From: Takakia lepidozioides
Taxonomy: Eukaryota; Plantae; Bryophyta
NCBI GenBank assembly: GCA_030704615.1
Contig: CM060733.1
Coordinates: forward strand, 40,920,001-40,984,000
DNA length: 64,000 nt
Direction of reading: 5' to 3'
Shown: positions 51,360-64,000 of the stretch, piece by piece
Layout of the letters: each line of letters opens with the position of its first letter
Position numbering within the stretch: the first letter of the stretch is position 1
Notes under the pieces: generated by a model
What the model was told of the DNA's origin: nothing
Seen by the model: the letters and a program-made list of their open reading frames with translations, nothing else
The model's database searches: none
Made by a program: the position numbers and the translations under genes

Positions 51360-52774
51360 TGCAATAAGGAATTAGCACCGTCCAGGGGTCGCATAGTGCG
51401 ACGCCCGGACGTCACAATTTAAAGGGGTACATTTGAATTTAGGCGGGAAAATTTGAATTTGAATTTTGAATTTCAAAAACTTGTTGACCATTGACTTCAG
51501 CGTTGACCATTGACTCTGGTTTGTCTAATGGCGATATGTTCATTGTTTTACATATATCATGTAACACATACTTGAACCTAAGACCTCCACGTTATAACAA
51601 TTCTAAGACACTACAAACTAACAACACAAAACATACGCTACATCTATGTATCACAAAAGCAATTTATATATATATACATATAAAGAGTTCTTCTAAGGGG
51701 GTCTCTCTTGTGTACGCCGAGGAGTTGCAACCTCCACAGCCTTCGTGCCCAGCCCCAGCCCCAGCTCCAGCATCGTCGCCGTTGTTGTACACCCCCACTG
51801 TCAGGCGCCCCAAGCGACGTCCTTGTGTGGATCTAAACTGACCACAACACCATTGCGACCCCCTGACGTCGCCAACGTTGGGCGTCCCCAGCGCGGGCGC
51901 CCCCAACGACTTTTGTGAAGTTGAGGGCCGCAAAGCCCAAAAAAAAAAAAAAAAAAAAAACTCTCACTGTGTGATGCTGTTGCGACGCCCTGATGTCGCA
52001 GAGGCGCTGGGCGCCCTTAGTGACGCTTTGCGACGCCGAGGCGTCGCAACGTTTTTTTTTTTTTTTTTTTCCGACGCCGAGACGTCGCAAGAACAAAAAT
52101 CCGTCGCAGCGCGAGGGCCCTCTTTCCCCTTCATGCCACCTTACGACAGCTGGGCGTCGTAATGGTGTTGCAGGGGGGATTGCGACGCGGAAATCGCAAA
52201 AAAACGCCGCGGGCTCGGCGTCGCGGGCTCCGCGCCGCGCGGGGGTGGGGGCGCGCCTGGCGTCGCAAACCCCCCCCCATTTGTTGTAGTGCTTGGCCAC
52301 CTTGGCCTCCAACTGATCCTCCGTGTATGGCTTTCCCCACTCCTCATATTGCTCCTTGAGAGATCCAATGACTCTCTCTTTCCGCATCTCATCCCACATC
52401 TACCATGGATGTTTGTACTCCATGATCATGTACTCGCCCCCACTCACTGCCTCCACCGTCCCGGTTGGCAGAGAGGGTGCAATATCCAATGGAAGTGCAT
52501 AAGTAACCACCAATGCTTGCAATCTCCGTTGCTCAGCCATGCACAAGCCAATGACCCATGTCAAGCAATTGAGATCCATTGTCTGACCCAACACCTGGCG
52601 TCGTGATGCCTCTGACAGAGCTAGCACAGCTATAGTGCTCGTGGCAAACCCCATTGTCCGCTCTCATTCATCCGCACTAGGCTCCACCAATTGTTGTAGC
52701 GCATTTTCCCAAATCAACCCTGGACCATTGTCTCGAAAAGCATGAGACGAGGGAAAACTCATTAGTGTAGGCAG
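50836..52774 (-). pseudogene. DNMT retrotransposon: methyltransferase C-terminus (motifs IX-X) plus pre-RT linker, inverted relative to the N-part
   Basis: LPTLMSFPSSHAFRDNGPGLIW..EPSADE*ERTMGF..SEASRRQVLGQTMDLNCL..; reads across the CACTA insert to RRIQRFLRAYRNCFAFSLKDL, a Gypsy pre-RT-like segment. Confidence 0.75.
51145..52291. mobile_element. Non-autonomous CACTA element
   Basis: CACTACA...TGTAGTG termini, 3-bp TSD CTT, GCGACG subterminal repeats. Confidence 0.92.
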
Positions 52775-52975
52775 TTACTTCTATGGTGAGGCTGGGTTGA
52801 TGACCAGCAGACCATAGGAGTGTTTGCGGTGGATGCAGGTGCAGGTATAGGTCTACGTTAGAAACCTATTATTCCTGCTTGAACCACTAGCCGCAACAGG
52901 TTCTCTACCCGGTTACCTTGTGGAAAGTGGGGATTAGAGACAGGTTGACAACTAGTTGGGTTGTGAGTTTTCATC

Positions 52976-54890
52976 GTGGAGGTGCCACCAGTTACTGAGG
53001 GGAGTGCCGGTACGAGCACCGGCGATACTAGTGGGTACACAAGACAAGGTGTGTGGTTTAGGCCACCTTCACCTTCAGTATTTTCTGATGAAGGTTCAGA
53101 CTCGGAGTCGGGAGGATTCTCGCCGACTCGGGTGCAAGTCATTTCCGTGCCATTGTTGTGGGACATGATGGAGGAGATGTATGGAGCTACCAAGGGGCCA
53201 CGTAGGTACTCTGGAGCTGTGGGCACCATCGAGCTTGATGATTTCATATAAGAGTTTGACAGTTGGTGTGATTTGCAGCAAATGCGCAATCCACAAATGT
53301 TTACGCTCTTTATGGTGTGGAAGGGGCTATTCAGCACCTTGAGGGGCCGCCCATGGAGATTACCATGATTTAGGCGGGGACATGCGGTGGAGATTGAGGA
53401 GTGACGAGAGTATTGGTCACCTAATTATGTCTCTATCACTAGAGCCATAAGGGCAGCGGCGACACCAACAGCTACACAAACATCTCCAACTGCAAGCACT
53501 AGTAGTGGGACAAGTGGTACAAGAGCTCGGAAATCCACTCAAGCTCCTGCTGCAGCACCAACACTTGTGCCTGCCTTTAACCCAGTTGTGGAGTTCTTCG
53601 AGGAGTTGAGGAGAAACTACCAAGGGATAAAGACAGAGAAGTTGCGGAGTTTGCAAGAGTTCCAACGAAGGCCTACTGAGAGTTTGAGGGAGGCTTACAA
53701 TCGCATCAGGTGCTTGATTAATGTAAACCAAGGGGTTACAGAAGCTCAGGTAGTCCAGTTCTGGTATGGGATCCTGGACAAGGAGTTGAGGAAAAGGGTG
53801 CGGGATGCAACTCTTCTACAAGTAGCCCAACCCACCTTAACAAATGTGGTTTTGCTGGCAGAGCGGATAGAACTCAATATGGTGGAGGAGCAGGTGGTTA
53901 TGGTGGGATTTGGCAAGGAGACCAATGCCAGTGGGTGGTGCTGCAAAGCAAGGTGCAGCCAGTACATTGTTGGGGGCGGCTACGGCTGTTTGTCAAGCTC
54001 CATTATTTTCTGCAATGACATTTGCAATGCCGGGGATTCGGCCAGCTGCTGTGTTCAGACTAACAGCTAGACTCTGTGAAAGTGGTGATGCATCGGCACT
54101 ATCTGCGGAGATAGCAGATAAGGTGCAGTCTATGGATGCTTTGGATTCGAGGATGAAGTCAGCCACAGCTACGCCATGACAAGCGGCAGCTGCAAGGTTG
54201 CAGAAGTTGCCAGCTAGGCCAGCCATTGAGCACAACATGGTGACTCCTGGAATAGTCCTAGTGGACAATCAGGATGAAGTGTTTCCGGGAGGAGGTATAT
54301 GCCACTGCGGGTCTTGTTGAACTCGGGAGCACAGCCTTTGATGTTGGGGAGAGCAGCAATTGCAGGCTTGGGCCTTACAAATGCGGACTTGGAGCCTTGC
54401 CCTTTTCAAATTCAAACATCTTTGGGTGGTTCAGAGAAGGCGCGAGGGATTACACGCCATGAGCTCTTCATTCGATTGCAGCCGGATCATCCTACGGACG
54501 ACTCAGTCATGAGAGCTAAAGCCATTGTAACGGATGCGATGTCCTATGATGTGCTTGTTGGTGGGGCTGTGTTGTACCCCATGGGATTTACTCTGGACTT
54601 TTGGGAGGAAACGACATCCTACAGGCCGGAGTGACAGTCAGGGGATGGGCGACGTGCACTGCTCCCAGTGCGGTTTATTAGGAATGTAGCGGTGGATCAT
54701 TGATGCCCACATTGGTTGCATTCTCAGGGGTTGTGGCTTGGGGTGGTGAGCTCTTGGAGGGAAATAGTTATGCAGATGATAGGCCACCATTTGATGAAGA
54801 CAAACAACTGGCATACAAGGTTGAGTTGCTTCCTCATGTGCCTGTTCATATTCTACTGTGGGTTACGGTTGGGAATTTGCATTGAGTAGC
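52976..54890 (+). pseudogene. DNMT retrotransposon gag and aspartic protease (degraded)
   Basis: Retrotrans-gag-like EFFEELRRNY..LQEFQRRPTESLREAYNRI; protease VLLNSGAQP..YDVLVG; the frame continues across the TSD at 61838. Confidence 0.75.
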
Positions 54891-54895
54891 AGACG

Positions 54896-57800
54896 TGGGC
54901 AGGGGGTCGGGACACATGAGGGGCTGCCCCTGTGGTGGGGGCAGCGGCAGCGATAGGTATGGGGGGCTGAGGCACCCTTGAGTGCCCAAGGCACTCAGGG
55001 AAGCGGAGGCGCTCACTAGGTGGAGCCCCGCACACCAGGTTGCGGTGGGGTGGCTCCACAAGGGGTGGTGGTAGCTTAGTGGGACTTAGTGGGGGTGGCA
55101 TAGGACTCACCATGGGGGCGGAGACCTCGTGGTGGGAGTCGTGGGGAGTCTTGGGACTCATCACGGTCCATAGGGGCCGTGGTGAGCGGGCCAAGACTCA
55201 CCGCGACTCACCACCGGGAATCGAGGGTCTTCGTGGTGGTTCGCCATAAAATGGCATGGCTGGTTGTGAAACCCCCGCGGACAGCTACAGAAGTATATAT
55301 AGGGAGTAGTAGTAACCCCAAGAACGGTGCAAGCCCGTTGGTGACCAAAAACTAGTGAGTAAGCGAGCGAGCCGGAAAGCGACCAAAGAGTGGGGAGCTG
55401 TTCCGAACTGCCATCTACCAAAGAGAATTCTCCTAGTCCCAATTAGGTGGAGGGTTTTAGAGGGAAGCGAAAGGGGACCGTTATGTCCCGTGAGCAGCCG
55501 AAGCTCCAAGTTGGCCCGGCGGCCAGGTTGGGAGTCAGGCGCGCGCAAAGCGAGTAACTATGACTTGAAGGGGGGTTTACCGAAGTGAGGTGCGCGACAC
55601 TTGGTATCAGAGCTTAGAGTTCAGTACGCGATCGTCCTTGGGATTGGCCTCATCATGGGGTCGGGCAAGCCGAAGCGAAAGCGGAACGGCCCAAAAGATG
55701 ATGATCCCGGTGAGCCCGATGGGGGCGGCGTGTCACCGAGGCGGCCGTTTGAGGAAGCGATGCATGTTTCCGAAAACGAGGCCGCCCAAGAGCGGGAGGA
55801 ATCCGAGGAGTTGGAGCCCGAGGAATCCTGAGTGCTCCGACAAACCAAGAGATGCCTCCCATGCCGGCAGCCTTTTGGGAAGGGTTGTTGGCGCAGTTTG
55901 GCGGGACGTTGAAAGACATGTTGAAGGCGGCTAATGCCACTTCCACTAAGGCAAAGTTTCAGGTGAAGCCTAAGGAACCCGGCACCTTCGAGGGCGTCCG
56001 AAATCAGAAGGCACTCAACACCTGGCTCTTGGAGCTGGAGCAGTACTTCCGGGCGGCCAAATTGAGTGACGAGGATCGCGTGGAAGTGGCTCCCACCTAT
56101 TTGAGGGGCTATGCTCAACAATGGTGGCAGAACGCCTTCACGACCGAGGTCCAAGTCCGGAAACCTTGAACTGGAGTGGGTTCAAGGAATTGTTGAAGAG
56201 ACAGTTTGTGCCCCTCAACGCGTCCTGGCTTGCCCGGACAAGATGAGGAATTTGAAGCAAACAGATGACATTCGGGGGTACGTCCAGGCTTTCAATGTGC
56301 TGTTGCTCGAAGTCGCGGACATGGCAGAACCAGAAATGGTCTTCAACTTTGTGGCGGGACTGGCCCCATGGGCCAGGCGGAAGTTGGAGGAGAAGCCACC
56401 CAAGACTTTGAACGAGGCAATTGAGAGGGCTGAATGTTTCTCGGATGTCCCTAGGGGTGAAAGACAAGGTCGTACGGAGCTGAACCACAAGAAGATCGGC
56501 GGAAGGTGACTCCTTCCGACCGGAAAAGAAGTGGGATAGGCCACGCGGCGATAATGGCACGTGGAAATCGAAGGGAGGGCCTTCACACGTCAAGGCGGCA
56601 CTCGGTGCTCCGAAAGGAAAAGCGGGTGGAGCGGCTTATGGCGGATAGAAGGCGACCTTTGATGGAGTGTGTTTCAATTGCAGGGAGCCCGGGCACATGG
56701 CCAAGAAGTGCACGAAGCCCCGGCAATTGAACATGACTCGGGCGACCACGGAGCTGTCGGAAGATACCATCAGTCGCTTGGTGGAAGCGGTGGTCGCCAG
56801 GACTTGCAAGGTAGGCAAATTTTCTTGTGAGTTGTATCAGGAAACTGGCGCCTTACGAAAAGGGAGTCAGTTATTGTTCGTGGATGGGATAATATCTGGA
56901 ACTAATGTGTCGTTGTTGGTGGACACAGGAGCGTCACACTCCTTCATGACACCGGCAACGGCACAAAAGCTGGGACTCCCGACAAGTGACGTGGGGGCCT
57001 CTATTGAGGTGCGTTCTGCCAAAGGAGAACCACAGTTGGTGACAAGGTTGACGATAGATGTTCCTCTTCAACTGGGGAGTTGGGAGGGACGTGAAACTTC
57101 ACCATCTGCGAGATCGATGGAGTAGATCTCATTTTAGGGATGACCTTTTTGAGCAAATCCAGAGCGGTCATAGATGGCCGCAAGAGAGTAGTCACGCTGC
57201 CATGTGGGAATGGTGGCAAGGTCTTACGAGTGTCGGAAACGCCCAAATCCGTGGGAGGGCGAATAAACCTTCTGTCAGCAAGGGGGTGGGCCGTGGAGGA
57301 GGCACACGAACCCCAGTTCTTGCTTTACATTAGAGAAGTGAAGGGAGAAGGCGATGGGGAGCCGAGCCCAGATTGGATCAAGGGGATTTTGGAGAAATAC
57401 CAGGATGTGATGCCGGAGGAATTACCAAGCGCTTGCCACCGCGAAGAGGAGTTGACCACAAGATTGAGGTGATACCGGGATCGGAACCGCCTGCCAAGGC
57501 GCCCTACCGGTTGAGCCACAGAGAGTTGGTTGAGCTGAAGACTCAGCTCAAGGATCTAATGTCAAAGGGGTACATCCGGCCGAGTAAGTCACCTTACGGA
57601 GCCCCGGTGCTATTTGCAGACAAGAAGGATGGGACGCTGCGGATGTGTGTCGATTACAGGGCTCTGAATAAGGTGACTATAAAAAACCGGTACCCTTTGC
57701 CAAGGATCGACGACCTCTTCGATCGGTGGCAGGAGCGAAGTATTTCAGCCGGATCGACTTGCGCTCCGGCTATCACCAAATTCGGGTGGCGGAAGGAGAT

Positions 57801-60800
57801 GAGGAGAAGACCGCATGCAGGACAAGGTATGGTTCATATGAGTTCTTGGTGATGCCTTTTGGGCTCACCAATGCACCAGCGACATTTAGCACGCTGATGA
57901 ACAGCCTTTTCCAGGAGTGGTTGGATGACTTTGTGATCGTGTACATCGACGAAATCTTGGTGTACTCGAAAACAAAGGAGGAGCACCTGGAGCACCTCAA
58001 AAGGGTGTTCCAAAAATTGCGAGAAGGGAAGCTGTATGCCAAAGCTTCAAAGTGCGAATTCGGGGTCACAAAAGTGGAGTTCTGGGGCATGTGATTACAC
58101 AGGATGGGATCAAAATGGATGACAGAAAGGTGAGGGCGATCTTGGACTGGGAGCCTCCGACTTCGGTCCCGGGAGTGCGATCCTTCCTAGGACTCGCCTC
58201 CTATTACCGGAAGTATGTGAGAAATTTCGCCAAGATCGCAGGGCCGCTGTCGGACCTTCTGTGTAAATCCAAAGTCTGGGTATGGAACACATTTTGTGGC
58301 CAAGCTTTTGCTGAATTGAAGCAGCGGATGACGGAAGCTCCAGTCTTGAAAATCCCGGAGTTCGATCGTCCGTTTGAGATTCATACAGATGCATCGGACT
58401 TCGCGATTGGGGGTGTACTTATGCAAGATGGACGTCCAGTGGCTTACGAAAGTAAGAAACTGAATGAAATGGAGCGACGGTGGCCGACGCACGAAAAAGA
58501 GATGAAGGCGGTGGTGCATTGCCTTGAGCTCTGGCGCCACTATGTTGGTTCCAACCCAGTGAAGGTATTCACGGACAATGTCACGGTGAAGTATTTTGCC
58601 ACGCAGCCCAAGTTGTCCCCAAAACAACTTAGGTGGCAAGATACTTTGGCAGTGTTCGACGTGGATATCCAGTACAAACCGGGACGGGACAATGTGGTGG
58701 CCGATGCTTTAAGTAGAAAGCAGCAGCTCTTGTTGGTGTACAAGGGCGAGACGGCACTCCAAAGGAAGATCCGGAAGGCTTGCCGGAAGGATGAGCTGAC
58801 GAAGTCCGTGATGCAGGACTTGAGGATGGGGATTAAATCGCAGTTCCACTTGCAAAATGGACTGCTCCGGTATAAGCAAAAGCGTCTCTACGTGCCGAAG
58901 GGAGGGATCAGGGATAGTCTCTTGAGAGAATGCCATGATAGCCCGCTTGCGGGCCACGGTGGAGCCAAGCGCACTGCGGCACTCTTGAAGAAAGAGTATT
59001 TCTGGCCCAAACTGAGGGAAGAGGCAGAGGAGTATGTCAAGACATGCACCACATGCCAACAAAACCAGAGCGAGTACAAAAAGCAAGCGGGGCTGTTACA
59101 ACCCTTGCCGATCCCAGAGGGGACTTGGGAAAGCGTCTCGATGGATTTCATGTGCTATGCCGCTGTCAAAAGGATTCGATGCAATCATGGTGGTGGTAGA
59201 TAGGTTCAGTAAAATGGGCCATTTCATCCCCACCAAGGAGACGGCAACGGCGCAGGAGACAGGGCGACTTTACTTCGCCCACGTCTTAAAGCATCATGGA
59301 GTCCCGAAGGATATTGTCTCGGACCGCGATCCAAAGTTTACGAGTAAATTCTGGAGAGCACTTTGGAAGAAGATGGGGACGAGGCTGAAGATGAGCACCG
59401 CCTTCCGACCTACGACGGATGGCCAAACGGAAAGAGTGAATTCCGTAGTGAAGCAATTCTTGCGGAATTACGTGTCGGCAGACCAATCAGACTGGATGGA
59501 ACACTTAGACGCGGCAGAGTTCTGTATAATAACACAGAACACTCCGCAACGGGAGTTTCCCCTTTTGTGTTGGTCTATGGAAAAGCACCTCTGGTGCCGA
59601 CAAGTTGGGCCGCCCAGGACGTTGAGGAACCGGCAGTAGCGGCGGTACTGGAAGAACGCGAGCGTTTGTTGAAGCTCGCAAAGTACAATAGTGCCAAAGC
59701 TAAGAAACGGTATGAAAGGCAGGCAAATCGGAAGTGGAGGGAAGTGAAGTTTGAGGCAGGCACAGAGGTCTGGTTGAACATCAAGAATTTCCGACTACCT
59801 CCGGAAGTGAGTCCGAAGTTCGTGCCTCCGTATGCGGGGCCCTTTCGCATTCGGAAGGTTATGAATGAGGATGTGTATGAATTGGAGCTGCCGGCAAACA
59901 GCAAGGTGCACCCAGTATTCCATGTCTCCCTTTTGAAACCTTACTTCAAAGATGAAGCGCGTCCGAATCGGCATCAAGTGTTGCGTCCGCGCACCTATGC
60001 TGTTGGATCATGAAAATGAACCTGAGTACGAGGTGGAGGCAATACTTAAGTCGAGGAGGTTCAGGAACCGAGAAACGGAGTATCTCGTCAAATGGAAGGG
60101 CTATCATCATGTGGAGGCATCTTGGGTGCGTGCCTCAAAAATGGGAAACGCATCCGAGGCGGTTGCAGCTTTCGAAGGGCGACCTCAAAAGCGGAAGAAG
60201 CGTTGATGGGGACATCACCTTGGAGCGTGGGGGAGGAAATGCATGCTTAGCCCGGTTTAGCTAGCTCAGGAATCCGATTGCAAAAACTTGTATTGTACAA
60301 AAATTTGTTATAAAGGAAATGGGTTCCAAATATTGTACGTCCTATTGTGTTTGGAATGGTGATGCATGGTGTGGTTGGCTAGTGTGTAGAATGCATGCTA
60401 GCTTACAAAAGTGGGAGAGGTAAATTGGGTAATCGTGTATTTGCGCAGTGCCGAAATCGGGTGACTCCCATCCAAGGGGCAAGGAAACTTGCGCCTTCTT
60501 TGGGAGTTCACGTGCTAGTGCGCACCTGGCGCGTGCGCGTACTATAACTGCGCTACCGAGGGGGTTGCCTTGTAGTGCGGGCTAACGCGGAAGCTACGTG
60601 CTTTCGTTCACGTACTATAATCGTGTAGCCTCGGGACGAAGTCGTAGTGCGGCTTCGGCGTGTTCCCGCACCTCAGGCCAGCATTCCAAGACGGACCCAA
60701 TTGTAGTGATTGGGGCGCACGGTTGGTTCAAGGTTATCTTCCTAGTCAAAGAGGATTCCAGGTGAACCCTTGCTCAAGGTGATGCCAAAAGCGGCATCAT

Positions 60801-61837
60801 GAGCGATCGCAAGCAATGTTGTTGCAGTAAGGCGATTCGATCCTCGGGGAGGATCGTTCCTTGGCCTTGAAGTAGGCCAAGAAGAGTGCACTGGGAGGAG
60901 CTGGAGAGGCTCCACCCTTGGCCGGGACTTGGAGGAAGTCGGCCGAACTAGCTAGTGGAGAGTAGAGTCAAGTGTGGGGTTTGGTTCTTTGCCATGGGAC
61001 CGCCATGGTACAGAAACAAACTCCTTGATGTGGGACGCCACAACTTGGATGTTCGTTTCTACAAAATGGACAAGTCGATGAGGACATCGACTCCCTGTTG
61101 GTAGGGGTGTGTGTCGCGGCCCTTTGCCTTGAGGGCAGGGGGTCGGGACACATGAGGGGCTGCCCCTGTGGTGGGGGCAGCGGCAGCGATAGGTATGGGG
61201 GGCTGAGGCACCCTTGAGTGCCCAAGGCACTCAGGGAAGCGGAGGCGCTCACTAGGTGGAGCCCCGCACACCGGGTTGCGGTGGGGGTGGCTCCACAAGG
61301 GGTGGTGGTAGCTTAGTGGGACTTAGTGGGGGTGGCATAGGACTCACCATGGGGGCGGAGACCTCGTGGTGGGAGTCGTGGGGAGTCTTGGGACTCATCA
61401 CGGTCCATAGGGGCCGTGGTGAGCGGGCCAAGACTCACCGCGACTCACCACCGGGAATCGAGGGTCTTCGTGGTGGTTCGCCATAAAATGGCATGGCTGG
61501 TTGTGAAACCCCCGCGGACAGCTACAGAAGTATATATAGGGAGTAGTAACCCCGAGAACGGTGCAAGCCCGTTGGTGACCAAAAACTAGTGAGTAAGCGA
61601 GCGAGCCGGAAAGCGACCAAAGAGTGGGGAGCTGTTCCGAACTGCCATCTACCAAAGGGAATTCTCCTAGTCCCAATTAGGTGGAGGGTTTTAGAGGGAA
61701 GCGAAAGGGGACCGTTATGTCCCGGTGAGCAGCCGAAGCTCCAAGTTGGCCCGGCGGCCAGGTTGGGAGTCAGGCGCGCGCATCAAAGCGAGTAACTATG
61801 ACTTGAAGGGGAGTTTACCGAAGTGAGGTGCGCGACA
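54896..61837 (+). mobile_element. Ty3/Gypsy chromovirus, near full-length
   Basis: TSD AGACG; 5' LTR 54896-55599; PBS TGGTATCAGAGC 55602-55613 (tRNA-iMet); PPT 60229-60239; 3' LTR 60240-61837. Confidence 0.95.
55852..60206 (+). pseudogene. Chromovirus gag-pol (gag, CCHC knuckle, PR, RT, RNase H, integrase, chromodomain), frameshifted
   Basis: [87 protein letters not shown]. Confidence 0.92.
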
Positions 61838-61842
61838 AGACG

Positions 61843-62633
61843 AGTGTGTGCACCAAACATGGCATGAGGCCTTTCCATTGATGAATGAGGGAGTTCAGTG
61901 ACATCACCTGGATCTCCTCAGTTAGCTCATTTGGACACAGTGCCCATTACCTGGCAACCACCTGACTCAGGGATTTGTTTGCTAGACTTGTTTAGAGGCA
62001 TGAACATTGGGCTTGCATGAGTGTTGCAAGCTGGGATTAAAGTACAAATATACTTGTATGTGGAGAAGGATGAGATAGCTTGGCATATTTCCATGTGCCA
62101 TGTGCGTTGCCTTGCTCACACACCAGTATCCTGAGTTGCTGCCTCTCTCAGCAATTCAAGGGTACCAAAAGGCCTTGCCAACAAACATTACCTTGCTGGG
62201 GGCGGATGATTTGGGCCGGCATGGTCCAATTGACTCGGTGATAGCTGGATGGCCTTGCCAAGGACACTCTCCCGCAGGTCATGGGAATGGCTTGCATGAT
62301 GCAAGGTCGCATTTGTTTTGGGAGATGTTACGAGTGTTGCGTGACTTGCAGGTGAGGCAAGTGCAACCTCCAGCTTACATCCTGGAAAATGTTCATCTCA
62401 TGGGGGATTCTCGGGCCAGGGTTATGGCTAGGGTGCATCAGGTGCGGTCTTGGATTGGACCAGCTGTATTATTGGATGCAGTTGCAGTGGGTTCAAGGGC
62501 ACATAGGCCTAGGTTGTGGTGGACCAATTTTGCACCACCAGAGTTGCTAAAGAGAGCCTATGATTCCATTCAACGGCCACCCAACCTCACAGTTGAGGGC
62601 ATTTTGGACCAAGGGAGGCAACCACAGAGAGTG
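61843..62633 (+). pseudogene. C5 cytosine DNA methyltransferase domain (motifs I-VIII) of the retrotransposon
   Basis: ICLLDLFRGMNIG (I), YVEKD (II), IAGWPCQGHS (IV), YILENV (VI), GSRAHRPRLWW (VIII). Confidence 0.88.
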
Positions 62634-63100
62634 TGTTAGAGGACTATAGGGGACTTAGACACTTATACGGGATCTGTAGGGTACCCTTAATTTTTGCACA
62701 GACTGAGACCAACAGGAGCCTTAGGGGTGACAGCAGCGCACTGTAGAGGGGGGTTACACAGTCGTCACAGCCCACACAGCCAACACAGCCCGTCACAGTC
62801 GTCACAGCAGACACAGCCGATACAGCCACACAGCCAGTCACAGCCCGACACAGCCAAACACAGTCGCACAGCCAGTCACAGCCCGTCACAGTTTCGCACA
62901 GCCAGTCACAGCCCGTCACAGTTTCACACAGCCAGTCACAGCTTGACACAGTGGTCACATCATAGGGAACGAAGAGTAGGACAGGGAACGACTGTGGGGA
63001 ACAACACCTGCGAAGGGAACATGTTAGTTCACAGACAACGGTTAGCGAGGGAAACGGTTAGAACCGCGGAGAGGAAGATAAAGGGAGAAACGGGGAGATG
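62634..63100 (-). mobile_element. LTR-like fragment with GTCACAGCC minisatellite
   Basis: Starts TGTTAGA exactly where the DNMT breaks; tandem CAGCC(A/C)GTCACA units at 62755-62960. Confidence 0.45.
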
Positions 63101-63104
63101 AGGA

Positions 63105-64000
63105 TTATTTATTCGGAGGAGGACTTCTTAGTCAGGCTGGAGCGGAGATCGGAAGCAAAAGATGGAGAGTACGGTGAAGGATTGTTATATGCAAAGCTGT
63201 AGTGATATTGTAGAGCAGATTAGAGACATAATGGCTTCGGCCTGATACCTGATAAATCATAATCTGATACTTATACGATACAATCACACTGTGTAGAGAG
63301 ATCTGAGTGAAGCTGTGGATTGAATGGATGAGTGAAGGAAACCGATAGATTGATGAAGCAAACTGATACTTAATTATCAATGGTAAGGTAGCTAAGATGA
63401 ATGCGGAAAGGAAACAAATAGGAAACACCCCCATGATACACTAGCTGTAGGTCATGACTGATTGTTCTGCGCGGGCTGAGTACTTAGAGATTTCCAACTC
63501 TTCTATCTTGGAGTTTCCGCCTCGGATAGCGAAGGGATGGGTGAGTAAAAGCCGCGCGACATTTGGCGACCATACTGGGGACCTGGGACATGAACAACCA
63601 GATGTGACAGGCATCTGGTGGGATCATGGTGGTTGGACCATTAAAGAATTTGAAGTGAATCAAATTCCCTGTGGAACGAAGGAAGAAAGATTGTCCAAAC
63701 AATTCTTTCAAAGGTTCTTGGAATTGCCAGACGGTTGTAAAGAAAATATTCTTAAACGAGTGCATGATGCTGATCCAGAATGGGGTCTGGAGAAAGGAGT
63801 GATAAAGATTTATCAGGTAGCCTGTAGAGGAAGAGCACGTTGGTTACCAACATTGGTATATGTGATAGCATTGCTATCCATTAAACGAGTAGAGTTTGAA
63901 GGCTGGGAAGAAAGAAAGGTGAATGTTTATACTCATATGCATGAAGAGCTTGTACTGGTAAAGAATTGGATTCCAAAGGATATTTTGTGGATCAAACTCA
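63105..64000 (-). mobile_element. Probable degraded LINE 3' region
   Basis: Minus-strand AATAAAATAA tail near 63105 and weak LINE C-terminal resemblance. Confidence 0.3.

Overview
Eukaryotic, intron-rich plant DNA, most likely from a non-seed land plant such as a moss (it carries plant-type VPS41 and FANCF genes plus a captured IFT dynein-2 exon). Protein family calls come from recalled motifs; no searches were run. Host genes: the 3' exons of VPS41 (+), an intact F-box gene (-), two broken FANCF-like copies in an inverted duplication, two LRAT/NC-domain remnants and an OSB/PDF-motif pseudogene. The rest is a nested, rearranged transposon stack whose order can be read from target-site duplications (TSDs). 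(1) A ~23 kb foldback-type Mutator-like element (MULE; 9-bp TSD) inserted into a tRNA-derived SINE. Its TIRs, introns, spacers and one coding exon are saturated with a GGGTTACA/GGGTGACA octamer, and it encodes a transposase plus a convergent ULP1-type SUMO protease gene. (2) Inside an intron of that gene sits a 9.3 kb P-element-like transposon (16-bp TIR, 8-bp TSD) carrying cathepsin B and dynein-2 exons and a LINE piece. (3) A 2.8 kb inversion flips the MULE left end. (4) A Gypsy-type retrotransposon encodes a C5 cytosine methyltransferase between protease and RT. It is split by an inversion and interrupted by a young chromovirus and a CACTA element. The best candidates for undescribed systems are the octamer-saturated MULE (possibly VANDAL-like anti-silencing), the cargo-carrying P-like element and the DNMT-bearing retrotransposon.
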